Source of the DNA: Octopus vulgaris
Taxonomy: Eukaryota
Assembly: GCA_951406725.2 (NCBI GenBank)
Contig: OX597828.1
Span: 35,960,001 to 36,024,000, forward strand
Direction of reading: 5' to 3'
Length of the DNA stretch: 64,000 bases
The notes beneath the pieces were generated by a model. That model was not told where the DNA came from. It was given only the letters and a program-made list of their open reading frames with translations, and did not search any database. Below are positions 27,031 to 40,075 of this stretch, piece by piece (within the stretch, counting starts at the first letter, position 1; every line of letters starts with the position of its first letter). The translations under genes were made by a program, and so were the position numbers.

Positions 27031-28237
27031 TGATCCAGACATTTATACCAGACACATATGTATGACAAGTTATTGTTGTTTGACTCTACATTCAAAGCAA
27101 GGAGCCTTAGAGCTGTTGCAGCACAACACCATACAAAACACAAAATAAAAACTAGATAGAAAAACGTTAGTTGATAGCACAACCATCCTACAGACAATTC
27201 CATAAAACTAGAACAACCACAGAAAATTAAGAGTAAAATCTAAACCAAAATTCAACGCCCAAATATGATAGACATAAATTGAACAATGAAATATACCAGA
27301 AGTTAATGGTTATATAAAAGCTGGTGTTGTCAGTTTTATCAGTTGTAACACTATTTCTATGATCGTTTGCAGCTTACTACAAAGTGCACAAACAGCACAC
27401 AAATACAACTCTCCTTCATTCAGAGGATGAGACCAAGAAGGTTTTGAAATATTGATGGATTAAGAAAACAACAACAACAAAAACTACCACTGCCACCACC
27501 ACCACATCATCATTATTATTTTAATGTCTACTTTTATACTTTAATTGGTCAGATGAAGTTTACTGAGGCAAATTTTCTATGACCGGATGCCCTTCCTGTT
27601 GCCAACTTTCATCTGTTTCCAAGTAAAGTAATATCTCTCCATGGCCAGACATATTTTTGCAGAAGACTGCAAATGAATGATATCACTTCTATGATGGTAA
27701 CACTCATTAACAGCTATCATTTGATGTCAAGGAGAGATACACAGACACACACAAAGAAAATCTGCTTCAATATATGCTGTCTAACCCATGCAAGCATGGG
27801 CAAGTGGGCATTAAAACATTGATGATGATGGCATACATACTCACACACACACAAAATGAGCTTCTTTCAGTTTCCCTCAACTATACCCAATTCCAAGGCT
27901 TTGATTGACCCAGAGCTACAGTAGATGACACTTGTCCAATGTGCCATGAACTCAAAACCATGTGTTTAGGAAGTGAACTTCTAAACCACACAGCCACAAA
28001 TCAATTTTAAAAACATATTCCAAAAAAAAAAAAGCGAAAACAAAATAATGTATACAAGATATCCCTCCAGATATTTCTGTTCTCACCTCTCAAACATGAA
28101 CCTTTAAACTTTCAACAACCACCCATTTTTATATTTTCTTTATGCTTACACTAAATTACTGGCTTTCAACAAAGATATTCGCTAATTATCTGTGTAATTC
28201 CTAAGGATTTTTCTGATTTTTTTTTTTGGTTGGAGGC

Positions 28238-28315
<78 letters not shown>

Positions 28316-28865
28316 TGAGTGAGAGAGCAATGCATGCCATCAAAATGACACTGGGGTAAAACATGAAGCCCAGTATACCCATCATGACTACCCATCTGAT
28401 AAGGGTACACCAGGCACATGCATCACAACCATATGTGTATGACATGGTGATCTCATATCAAGATAAACAGTACATGATTTTTCAGGTGGGACCCAGTTAG
28501 AATTTTCTTCAGGTCTAGTATACCATCTCACTTAAAAGGTCCCTGATTAAGGTTTGTTTAAGAATGATGAACAAAAGATCTATGTTTTCAGAGATGTATT
28601 ATCCAAACCCCAAAGAATTCCTCTCAACACATAGCTATGATACTCCCCAACTACTTCTGCTCATGATTAGAAATGCACATATCGTCAGCCACCAAGGGAC
28701 ATGCTCAACTGGTTATGGTCAAACAACTGACAAGCAAATCTGTGTTATTGAGCAGAATATTTTCCCATCTTTTATACCAAGACAAAACAATGTACATAAT
28801 AACACTTCCAATCAGTTAAGATCAGAAGTCATGAGAGCCGCTGCCTGAGACTGCATCAGGGCATC
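28316..28865 (-). mobile_element. ~550-bp interspersed repeat flanked by (AAT)n, possibly a TAA-targeting non-LTR derivative
   Basis: One end recurs in the opposite orientation at 13812-13925, also next to (AAT)n. Confidence 0.5.
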
Positions 28866-28965
28866 TTATTATTTTTATTATTATTATTCAGTAGTCTTAT
28901 TTTTATCATACGCTTTCACTGCAACTCTGTGTGACTTGGGTATATGCTGTGGTTTGTTGTGATGC

Positions 28966-29028
<63 letters not shown>

Positions 29029-29053
29029 TACTACTATTATTATTATTATTATT

Positions 29054-29266
29054 AAGACGGCAAGCTGGCAGAATCATTAGCATGTTGGACAAAATGCATA
29101 GTATTATTTCACCTATCACGAGTTCAAATTCCGCTGAGGTTAGCTTTGCCTATCATCCATTCGGGGACAATAAATTAAGTACCAGAGCAACACTGGGATC
29201 GGTGTAATTGACCATCCCACCTCCCACAAATTTCAGGCATTGTGGTACCTATAGTAGAAAGGACTA
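29054..29266 (+). mobile_element. SINE family A whose (TTA)n tail is interrupted by the LINE insertion
   Basis: Ends atagtagaaaggacta; the expected ttatta tract appears at 33578-33600. Confidence 0.75.
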
Positions 29267-29918
29267 TTTCTTGCTATCACGATTTTTCAGTACCCTCTAT
29301 TCATATTTTCTTTCAGTTTTCAACATACCATTCATGTAATGTTTTTCGTTTAGTCTTGTCTCGTCTCCCTATTTGCTCCCGTTTCATAGCCACTCATCGT
29401 CTCCCCTAAAAATTTACTTCTCTGATACTTTCAAACCTACTTTCTTGCTATCACGATTTTTCAGTACCCTCTATTCATATTTTCTTTCAGTTTTCAACAT
29501 ACCATTCATGTAATGTTTTTCGTTTAGTCTTGTCTCGTCTCCCTATTTGCTCCCATTTCATAGCCACTCATCGTCTCCCCTAAAAATTGACTTCTCTGAT
29601 ACTTTCAAACCTACTTTCTTGCTATCACGATTAACAGAATCCTCTTGCTAGTTTGGGGTCCAGTTAAGACTTCCTTGACGAACTCAGATTTTAGATTTTA
29701 CCTCTCTCTCTCCAAGCCTATCTTAATTATCAAATAATAAATATTATCGACACTTTCGTCTTGTTCCACTATGCCAGTCAAAACCCATCGCACAGCTTCC
29801 ACACATGTGTTCCTTGACCATTTCTTCCCCCCCCCCCTCCTCCCCTTGACTTCTCTGATACTTTCAAACCTACTTTCTTGCTATCACGATTAACAGAATC
29901 CTCTTGCTAGTTTGGGGT
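29267..29918. repeat. Tandem duplication (174 bp x2 plus partial) and 73-bp re-copy at the LINE 5' junction
   Basis: Unit starts at 29267, 29441, 29615; 29587-29659 is identical to 29846-29918. Confidence 0.92.
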
Positions 29919-32562
29919 TGACGAACGACAGAGACCTTCTCTTTGTGGCTGGTGACTTCAATGGTCACGTTGGACGACATGCTGGGGGCTTCCATGGCGT
30001 ACATGGAGGCTATGGCTCTGGTTCCCGCAACGAGGAGGGAACCAGGCTGCTGGAGTTCTGCGATGCAAATAATCTTATGATTTGCAACACTAACTTCAGG
30101 AAACCTACCAGCCACCTAGTCACCTACCGATCGGGCCAACATACCAGCCAAATTGACTACATCCTTGCCAGGCAAAGGGAGAGATGGCTACTTATAAATG
30201 CCAAAACCTTCCCAGGCGAAGAATGCACCCCACAACATAGACTGGTAGTTAGTGACTTTAGGATCAGGAGTAGGAGGACAACCAGAAGACGACCAACATG
30301 GAGAAGAAGGATCTGGAAGCTTAAGGATCCTGTGAATGGACAGAGATTTAGAGACATGTTACTTGAAGCCTTTGACGAAGTAGAAGGGGATAGTGTATCA
30401 CATGGGGTAGAGGACAACTGGACGTTTCTAAGGGACAACCTGCTGAGAGCCACTGACCAGATCTGTGGCTGGTGCAAAGTCCCCTCTCGTCCCAAGGTAA
30501 CGTGGTGGTGGAACAGTGTCGTAGACAGGGCTATTAGAGAAAAGAGACAGACTTGGAAGCACTGGAAGAATGGTGGTAGCAGGGAATTGTATCAGACTGC
30601 TAAAAGGGAAGCTAGGAGACAGGTCTATCTAGCCAGAGGGGAAGCAGATAAGAAAAAATTTGCCAATGTTCTGCGCCGTGAGGACCAAAGACTGGAGGTG
30701 TTTCGCGTTGCAAGACAGTGTGTGAGAGAGAATTGTGATGTGGTGGGAGAGAAGTGTGTTCGCATGGAAGATGGTTCACTTGCGCTAAACGAGGATGCAA
30801 AGAGAGAGGCTTGGAGATGCCACTATGAAAGGTTGCTGAATAAAGAAAATGAATGGGATAAAGAGAGTCTGCCGAACGTTGACCCAACAGAGGGACCAGC
30901 TATCAGGGTTGATAGTTCCTTAGTAGCTAAGGCAATTAGAAGCATGAAGACAGGGAAAGCCCCAGGCCCATCAGGTATTACTGCAGAGATGCTCAAAATA
31001 TCTGGTAGTGTCGGCTATAGCCTAGTCACCTGTATAGTTAATCAGGTGATACATGAAGGAGTCATACCCAATGACTGGTGTAGCAGCATAATAGTCAACT
31101 GCTACAAAGGTAAAGGTGATGCCCTAGATACAAATAATTACAGAGGTATCAAGCTGTTGGATCAGGTGATGAAGGTTACAGAGAGGGTCATAAGCCAACT
31201 AATTAGAGAGAGAGTTAGTTTAGATGAGATGCAGTTTGGTTTCGTGCCAGGGAAAAGTACCACTGATGCTATATTCCTGCTAAGGCAGCTGCAGGAGAAA
31301 TACCTAGCCAAAGATAAGGCCCTGTACCTGGCTTTTGTTGACATGGAGAAAGCCTTCGACAGGGTCCCCCGATCCCTCATATGGTGGTCAATGAGGAAAC
31401 TAGGAATAGAAGAATGGTTAGTGAGAGCTGTGCAAGCCATGTACAGGGACGCTGCTAGTAAGGTGAGGGTTGGAAATGAGTACAGTGAAGAATTCCGGGT
31501 AGAGGTAGGGGTCCACCAAGGCTCAGTCCTCAGCCCCCTCCTATTTATCATAGTCCTCCAGGCAATAACGGAGGAATTCAAGACAGGATGCCCCTGGGAG
31601 CTCCTCTATGCTGATGACCTTGCTCTAATTGCTGAGTCATTATCAGAACTGGAGAAGAAGTTTCAGGTGTGGAAGCATGGTTTAGAATCGAAGGGCCTTA
31701 GAGTCAACCTAGCTAAAACCAAAGTCGTAATAAGTAGGAAGGTAGACAAATCACAAACGCCTTCAGGTAGATGGCCCTGCTCGATCTGTAGAAAAGGTGT
31801 AGGTAGAAACTCTATAAGATGCACCAAGTGTAAGCTATGGACACATAAGAGGTGCAGCAATGTCATAGGAAGGCTAACTAGGAAGATGGTTTTTGTATGT
31901 GGCAGATGCTCGGGAGCATTAACCTCTGAAAATCTGCAGAAAACAACTTCCGTCACTTTCCAGGGGGAAAACTAGAAGTAGTTGATAGCTTCCGTTATCT
32001 TGGTGACCAAGTCAGTAGTGGGGGTGGGTGTGCTGAAAGTGTAACGGCTAGAGTAAGAATAGCCTGGGCAAAGTTTAGGGAGCTCTTACCTCTGTTGGTG
32101 ACTAAAGGCCTCTCGCTCAGAGTAAAAGGCAGACTGTATGATGCATGTGTACGAACAGCCATGCTACATGGCAGTGAAACATGGGCCGTGACTGCTGAGG
32201 ACATGCGTAAGCTCGCGAGAAATGAACCTAGTATGCTCCGTTGGATGTGTAATGTCAGTGTTCATAGTCGACAGAGTGTAAGTACCTTGAGAGAAAAGTT
32301 GGACCTAAGAGGAATCAGATGTTGTGTGCAAGAGAGACGATTGCGCTGGTATGGTCATGTGGTGAGAATGGATGAAGATAGGTGTGTGAAAAAGTGCCAC
32401 ACCCTGTGGAAGAGGCAGACCTGTGGAAGAGGTAGACCCAGGAAAACCTGGGTCGAGGTGGTGAAGCACGACCTTCGAACTCTAGGTCTCACCAAGGAAA
32501 TTACCAGAGACCGAGACCTATGGAAGTATGCTGTGCGTGAGAAGACCCGGCAAGACCAGTGA
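29919..32562 (+). pseudogene. LINE ORF2 (AP-endonuclease C-terminal half, reverse transcriptase, PHD-like finger), frameshifted near 31968
   Basis: AGDFNGHVG, IDYIL, KAPGPSG, NYRGIKLL, QFGF, DMEKAFDRV, GVHQGSVLSP, YADD; adding one A restores GEKLEVVDSFRYLG...RLRWYGHV...GRPRKTW. Confidence 0.93.
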
Positions 32563-32619
32563 GAACAATCAAAATCAAATCATATATCAGAAAGCAGGGG
32601 TTAAGTGACCCATCTGTTC

Positions 32620-33410
32620 ATGTCCGCTGTCAGCCTCGTCTGGCACCCGTGCCGGTGATACGTAAAAGCACCATTCGCTCATGGCCATTTGCCAGCTCTG
32701 CCTGGCCCCGTGTCGGTGGCACGTAAAAGCACCATCCGTTCGTGTTCGTTTCCAGCCTCGCCTGGCCCGTGCCGGTGACACATAAAAGCACCGTCCGTTC
32801 GTGGCCGTTGGCCAGCTCTGTCTGGCCCCGTGTCGGTGGCACGTAAAAGCACCATCCGTTCATGGCCGTTTGCCAGCTCTGTCTGGCCCCGTGTCGGTGG
32901 CACGTAAAAGCACCATCCGTCCGTGTCCGTTGCCAGCCTCGGCTGGCCCCCGTGCCGGTGACACGTAAAAGCACCGTCCGCTCGTGGCCGTTTGCCAGCT
33001 CTGTCTGGCAACCGTGTCGGTGGCACGTAAAAGCACCATCTGTTCGCGTCCGTTGCCAGCCTCGGCTGGCCCCCGTGCCGGTGACACGTAAAAGCACCAT
33101 CCGTTCGTGGCCGTTTGCCAGCTCTGTCTGGCCCCGTGTCGGTGGCACGTAAAAGCACCATCCGTCCATGTCCGTTGCCAGCCTCGGCTGGCCTCCGTGC
33201 CGGTGACACGTAAAAGCACCGTCTGCTCGTGGCCGTTTGCCAGCTCTGTCTGGCAACCGTGTCGGTGGCACGTAAAAGCACCATCCGTTCGCGTCCGTTG
33301 CCAGCCTCGGCTGGCCCCCGTGCCGGTGACACGTAAAAGCACCGTCCGTTCGTGGCCGTTCGCCAGCTCTGTCTGGCACCTGTGCAGGTGGCACGTAAAA
33401 AACACCCACT
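32620..33410 (+). repeat. ~61-bp tandem repeat x13 with alternating A/B monomers in the LINE 3'UTR
   Basis: cgtaaaagcacc recurs about every 61 bp from 32661 to 33394. Confidence 0.95.
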
Positions 33411-34219
33411 ACACTCGCGGAGTGGTTGGCGTTAGGAAGGGCATCCAGCCGTAGAAACACTGCCAGATCTGACTGGGCCTGACGAAGCCTTCCAGCTTCA
33501 CAGACCCCAGTTGACCCGTCCAACCCATGCTAGCATGGAAAACGGACGCTAAACGATGATGATGATGATGATGATGATTATTATTATTATTATTATTATC
33601 ATTATGACGGCATTTAGCCATTGTTTATGATGGTTGGATTTATAGTTTTATACTGAAATGAACAAAGATGTTTTGTGTTTGTCAGGGATAACTTATATTT
33701 CATTCTCTGCAAGACATTGAAAATCTTGTTCAGTGACATGTCATAAATGATTCCATGTGTCATCTTGCTATCTTGTCCAACCAGTAACTGAAAACCTTGC
33801 TCAACTACTTGTCAAAATATACACCATGAACATGGACACAGTAACCATTATCAGTTAGAACACACACACACATATACATAGACACACACATATCCATATA
33901 CACATATATAGATACACACACATATATTCACATATGCACACACACACACACATATACATACACACACAAACACATATATACATACACAAACATACAAACA
34001 CATATATACACCACTATCATTACCAGCTATAAGAACAACCACAAGAATAACAACACTTGCAAAGAAGAAGAAGAAGATGATGATGATGATGATGATGATG
34101 ATCAATAGCAATAATCTATGACAACTAAGATGCCAAAGCCATCTTGTCCTTGTCAATTTTACCATCACAATAAAAATATAGGAAATACTTGAACAGTCTA
34201 CCTTGGAAGGTGTGTGTGT

Positions 34220-34262
<43 letters not shown>

Positions 34263-34443
34263 CACATATATAAGTGTATAAAGCTGTGTATATAATTTTG
34301 ACCTTTTACCATAAGCAAGAATTTCTTCTCCATGGTAAACTGCTGTGAAATTACCTTTAGACGTTAAAATATGTCACAAAGTTTGGAAATAATATATTTC
34401 TAAATCTCTCAGAGAGATTTATGCAGTAGCATCATGATAAAGT

Positions 34444-34853
34444 GATAGTATGTTGTCAACTTAATGTGAGAGTCCCATAAAAGGGAAGAATGCTACTGTT
34501 ATTTAGCCCTAGGAAACACAGTTTCCTGTGGGACTTGATACATTTCCTGTGTCCTTATTATTTCTATTTTCAAAAATCAGTGAATGTATTTCACTTGAAA
34601 CATATATGTTTTCAAAGGCGGGTAGGCATCGACAGCTGGCTAGCCATGTTACCCTAGACTGATGATGAGCAACGACTCTGAAACTAGTCTCTGGATGTTG
34701 GTTTTGCTGGGTGGAGGTGCTTGTCTCCACTTTGAAAACATAAGGACACAGGAAATGTGTCATGTCCAACTGGAAACGTTGTTTCCTAGGGCTAAATAAC
34801 AGTAGCATTCTTCCATTTTATGGGACTGTCACATTAAGTTGACAACATACTAT
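34444..34853. mobile_element. Fold-back element (~115-bp arms) enclosing a hammerhead motif
   Basis: Arms at 34444-34558 / 34740-34853. Confidence 0.8.
34654..34694 (+). ncRNA. Minimal type I hammerhead ribozyme motif
   Basis: ctaga-CTGATGA-t-gag-caacga-ctc-t-GAAA-ctag-TC-tctgg; palindromic stem III actagt; GUC site at 34687-34689. Confidence 0.78.
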
Positions 34854-34993
34854 AGCCTAAAGTTTGTTTATATATATGTGTGGGGGGGGAGCTATGCTTC
34901 TGTATGTATATGCATGAGTGTGTTTGTGTTTGTATCATGCATGCGTGTCTCTGAATACGTGTGTGTGCATATATATATATATGTATATATATG

Positions 34994-35059
<66 letters not shown>

Positions 35060-35060
<1 letters not shown>

Positions 35061-35485
35061 TGCCAGAGCGGCTAACTGGATTCCATGCCGGTGGCATGTA
35101 AAAAGCACCATTCGAATGTGATTGTTACCAGCATCACCTTACTGGCACTTGTGCCAGTGGAACATGAAAAGCATTCAAGCGAGGTTATTGCCAGTGCTGC
35201 TGGACTGGCTCCTGTGCAGGTGGCACGTATAAAACACCATCTGAGCATGGCCGTTGCCAGTACCGCCTGACTGGCCCTCATGCCGGTGGCATGTAAAAGC
35301 ACCCACTACACTCTGCTGAGTAGTTGGCATTAGGAAGGGTATCCAGCTGTAGAAACTCTGCCAGATCAAGATTGGAGCCTGGTGCAGCCATTTGGTTTGC
35401 CAGTCCTCAGTCAAATCGTCCAACCCATGCTAGCATCGAAAGCGGACGTTAAACCATTATGATGATGATGATGATGATGATGATG
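35060..35485 (+). mobile_element. RTE 3'UTR-derived element (repeat module plus GAT tail)
   Basis: ggtggcatgtaaaaagcacc repeats and tail; relatives at 16400-16650, 20450-20615, 36530-37100 and 39680-39862. Confidence 0.82.
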
Positions 35486-35673
35486 TGTGTATATTATGTG
35501 TGTGTGTATGTGTGTGTGTGTGTATTTGAATACACACACAAACATATAAGATAATTACAGATTACATGTTGATATGGTTTTAAAGGGAAGGTGAAACGCC
35601 CATGCGCTTCACAAGCCCTCCCCCTTCAGCCAAGACAGAAACAGTTGACATAAAATGTAACAGTAAGCATACC

Positions 35674-35922
35674 CTTGACATGCTCTCAAACACTGGTGAC
35701 ATTGATATTCAATCTCACAGTAGCTGTGTCCTTAACAGACACTCCCACATTGGTGATACCAATATGCTTGACATTCACTTCACCAGTACCCATGTCCTTC
35801 ATAAATACTCCCACACTGGCAGCACTGATATGGCAGATAATTATCCTGACAGTGGCTATGCCACCCTTCACAGACACTCCCAAATTGGTGACAATGATAT
35901 AACCCGGGGTATTCATACTGGA
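35674..35922. repeat. Degenerate 57/66/69-bp tandem repeat, possibly coding
   Basis: ctt(c/a)acagacactcccacattggtga units; another unit at ~36408-36470. Confidence 0.6.
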
Positions 35923-35924
35923 TG

Positions 35925-35956
<32 letters not shown>

Positions 35957-37672
35957 GTCATTTTAATGTCCATTTTTCCATGCTAGCAAGAGTCGGACAG
36001 AGTTTACTGAGGCAGATTTGCAACGGCTGGATGTCCTTCTCGCCAACCCTCACCAGTTTCCAAGCAACATACCTCAAGATAATATCTCCCCATGACCAGA
36101 GATATTCATGCAGATAATTAGAAATAATTGACACTGCTTGTAAGACAGTGACATTCGTTTACAACTGTCTCATGACACCAAGACAAGGAGATGCAAAATC
36201 ACACACACACACATACACACACATGCATAAACACACACAATGGGCTACTTTCAGTTTCCATCTACCAAATCCGCTCACAAAGCATTAATTACAGTAGAAG
36301 GCACCTGCCCCAAGGTGCTATGCAGTGGGCCTGAACTTAGTACCATGTGGTTGAGAAGCAAATTTCTCAGCCACACAGCTATGCCTGCACTTTCACAGCC
36401 ACTTTAATTCACAGACACTCCCCACATCAGTGCCAATAATGTGGTTGATGCTCAACTTCAGCATGTGTGCATCCAAATCTCAAAAAAAAAAAAGACAACC
36501 ACATAGGTAGTAGGAGTTAAAAGATCATCATTAGCATCATCATCATTATCATCGTTTAACGTCCGCTTTCCATGCTGGCATGGGTTGGACGGTATGACTG
36601 AGGACGGGCAAGCCAGTAGGCTTCTTACCACACAGTTGTACCCCACCATATGTGCGTGTGTGTGTGTGTGTGTGCACGCACACGTGCATGTGTGCACCTA
36701 ATGAAAGGCTCCAATCTGATCTAGCAAGGTTTCTACAGCTGGATGCCCTTCCTAATGCCAACCACTCTAAAAGTATAGTGGGTGCTTCTTACGTGCCACT
36801 GCACAGGGGCTACTCAGGCAGCACTGGCATCAACCATGCTTGAATGGTGGTTTTTACTTTCCCCCAGCATGGGAGCCAGTCATGCAGCACTGGCATCAAC
36901 CACGTTTGGATGGTGCTTTTTATGTGCCACTGGCATGGGAGCCAGTCAGGTGGCACTAGCATCAACCACATTTGGATGGTGCTTTATATGTGCCAGTGAC
37001 ATGGGAGCCAGTCAGGTGGCACTGGCATCGACCATGCTCGAATGGTGCTTTTTACATGCAACCAGCACAGGTGCCAGTCAGGTGGCACTGGTATTGGCCA
37101 AAAGACGATTTTAGATAATTAATACTCTGGGTCTAGTGGGGAGAAGACTCAACAGAAGTGGCAGAAGAAGGAGAGCTGAGTACATCAGTTGATGTCTGGA
37201 TGACAATGGCATACAACTACCTAGTCCAGAGGAGCAGTGGCTGTTGATGTAGTGGTAGAATGGACACAGAGAGGAAACAACAAAATGTCTTTGGGGCAGA
37301 CTCCATAACTAAATCCAGCCAGAAAGTTAGGTAATTCCAAAGCCATAGAAGACCTCTGTCCAAGGTGCCACACAGTGGGCCTGACCCCAGAACCATGTTG
37401 GTGGGAAGTAAACTTCTTACCACCCATGTCTATGTGTGTGTGTGTGTGTGCACCTAATGAAATACATAGGGTTTCTGAAAAGTATATGAATGACAGTTGT
37501 CACCTTCAGGATATGTGATGCCTTTCACTCCCAACAGCTGCTGTGCCTACTCGTGATCACTGTTGTGCAATCAGACACCCAAAATGAAACCTTAACATGA
37601 ACTGAAGTTCTAAATTGCCACAAACATACACAGGCACACACATACACACATATACAGACATGCACATATATA

Positions 37673-37718
<46 letters not shown>

Positions 37719-38157
37719 CATTTATAGTTTGATATACAGGTGTATTGATCGAGGTAAGGTTATGTCTATTATATTCTTAGATGGACGTATCAAATTACAC
37801 AAGAATGACTGCTACATGAATTCATGCAAAGATTACAAGGACCTTGTGTTCATGCACACATATTAATTGCAATTTAGCACTTATTAAATGGCTATGTTAC
37901 GCAGTTAAGTATATTATATACACACATATTGAAAATAATATACTTTCCCAACTCTCTCTATCCCCTTTCTCTTCTCGCTCTTTCTCCCTCCTATGCTTTT
38001 ACCTCTGCTCTTCTCCTTCATGCTCGTGTTCTCTTAATTTCTTTCTCAACTTAATCTCACTATCAACCAATTTGTGTCTTTATTTCCAGTCCTACTGTCA
38101 TTACACACACACACACACACACGCATACACACATATAATACATAAAAGTGTGTATAT

Positions 38158-38210
<53 letters not shown>

Positions 38211-38441
38211 TCATCATCATTGTTTAACATCCTCCTTTCATGCTGTCATGAGTTGGACGGTTTGACAAAAGCTGGCCAGAAATTGTGCACCCAGAACCCA
38301 ATTTTCCAATGTATCCTTTTTTAAGACATTAGGATGTAGCTTGATAGAGATTTTGCTGCTATTTCTAGCATTTTGTAAAACTACATATATGTATATATCA
38401 CCATCATCATTTAACGTCCACCTTCCATGCTGACATGGGTG

Positions 38442-38483
<42 letters not shown>

Positions 38484-38777
38484 GTGTATATATAGACATA
38501 TATATATGTATACATATATATATATGCGTGTGTGTGTGTGTACATATATATATTCACATATATATACATATATATACACACACATATATATATACATATA
38601 GATATACATACATATATACATATATACACATATATATATACATATATACACATACATATATAAATATATACACATATATATATACATATATACACATATA
38701 TATATACATATATACACATATATATATATATACATATATACACATACATATATACATATATATATACACACATATAT

Positions 38778-38808
<31 letters not shown>

Positions 38809-38847
38809 CATATACATGTGTGTGTGTGTGTGTGTGCGTGCATGTAG

Positions 38848-39187
38848 TAACAATAACCCTTGGATGGAATTTATAAATATTTTAATTCATTGCTACATGT
38901 TTCCACAAATCACATGTTTCTTAAAATCATAGTCCGTATTCCTGAGATGATTACAGTAAAGTCCGTAGTATTCATGGACATTGGGTACAGTCCATAGAAT
39001 CCATGGACACAAGTTTGAAAGTAATGCCATACTGCCTTAAGAAATGAATGTATGAACATCATCTACCCAATGTCCATGGATGCCACAAACAGGAATATGG
39101 ACTATGATCCTAAGAAACATGTGATATGTGGAAACGTGTGTAGCAATGAATTAAAATATTTATAAATTCTATCCAAGGATTATTATT
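38848..39187. mobile_element. Fold-back element (~97-bp outer arms plus an inner inverted pair)
   Basis: Arms at 38848-38944 / 39090-39187; inner catggacattgggta / tacccaatgtccatg; decayed acat..atgt-g-GAAAC motif. Confidence 0.75.
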
Positions 39188-39223
39188 ATCATTATTATTA
39201 TTATTATTATATTTATTTATTTA

Positions 39224-39440
39224 AGTCGGTGAGCTGGCAGAATCATTAGCTTCATAGGCAAAATGCTTACCAGTATTTTGTCCATCCTTATGTTCTGAGT
39301 TCAAATTCTGCCAAGGTCGACTTTCATCCTTTTTGGAGTTGATCAATCAAGTACCAGTGAGACACTGGGGTTGCTGTAATTGACTTGTCTCCTTCCCAAA
39401 AAAATCTCAGGCCTTGTGCCTTTAATAGAAAGGATTATTA
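39224..39440 (+). mobile_element. SINE family A
   Basis: Head, B-box, body and tail aatagaaaggattatta. Confidence 0.83.
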
Positions 39441-39617
39441 CTATATTTATCCTACATTATATTGACACAGCTCAGTGCAGCCCCAAAACACTAGTATTGC
39501 CAGTCGACATCATTAGGCTGTAGCCAACACAGTAGAACAGAAGCTTTTTAAAATGCATTTTCAAAAGGTTTCCCATTAACAAACTTAAAGGATGTGTGTG
39601 TGTATGTATATATATAC

Positions 39618-39680
<63 letters not shown>

Positions 39681-39867
39681 CCCTCATGCTGGTAGCACGT
39701 AAAAGCACCCACTACACACTTTCGGAGTGGTTGGCATTAGGAAGGGCATCCAGCCGTAGAAACTCTGCCAGATCAAGATTGGAACCTGGTGCAGCCATCT
39801 GGTTCGCCAGTCCTCAGTGAAATTGTTCAACCCATGCTAGCATGGAAAGCAGACGTTAAACAGTGAT

Positions 39868-40075
39868 ATAGATAGATAGATAGATAGATAGATAGATGGA
39901 TGGATGGATGGATGGATGGATGGATGGATGGATGGATGGATGGATGGATGGATGGGATGGATGGATGGATGGATGGATGGATGGATGGATGGATGGATGG
40001 ATGGATGGATGGATGGATGGATGGATGGATCGATCGATCGATCGATCGATCGATCGATCGATCGATCGATCGATC
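39868..40075. repeat. Compound (GATA)n-(GGAT)n-(CGAT)n microsatellite
   Basis: Directly visible; lies between two copies of an RTE-tail segment. Confidence 0.93.

Larger units (their letters stand above)
29919..33577 (+). mobile_element. Young 5'-truncated RTE-clade LINE
   Basis: APE and RT coding, repeat 3'UTR, tail cccatgctagcatggaaaacggacgctaaac(gat)n; CpGs retained. Confidence 0.95.

Noticed and set aside
29912-31975. Intact active 687-aa gene
   Set aside because: Start lies in the foreign 5' appendage, the endonuclease N-terminus is missing and a frameshift occurs near 31968 (possibly a homopolymer sequencing error)
32620-33523. CRISPR-like array or repeat-protein ORFs
   Set aside because: No unique spacers, no cas genes and eukaryotic context; it is the LINE 3'UTR tandem repeat
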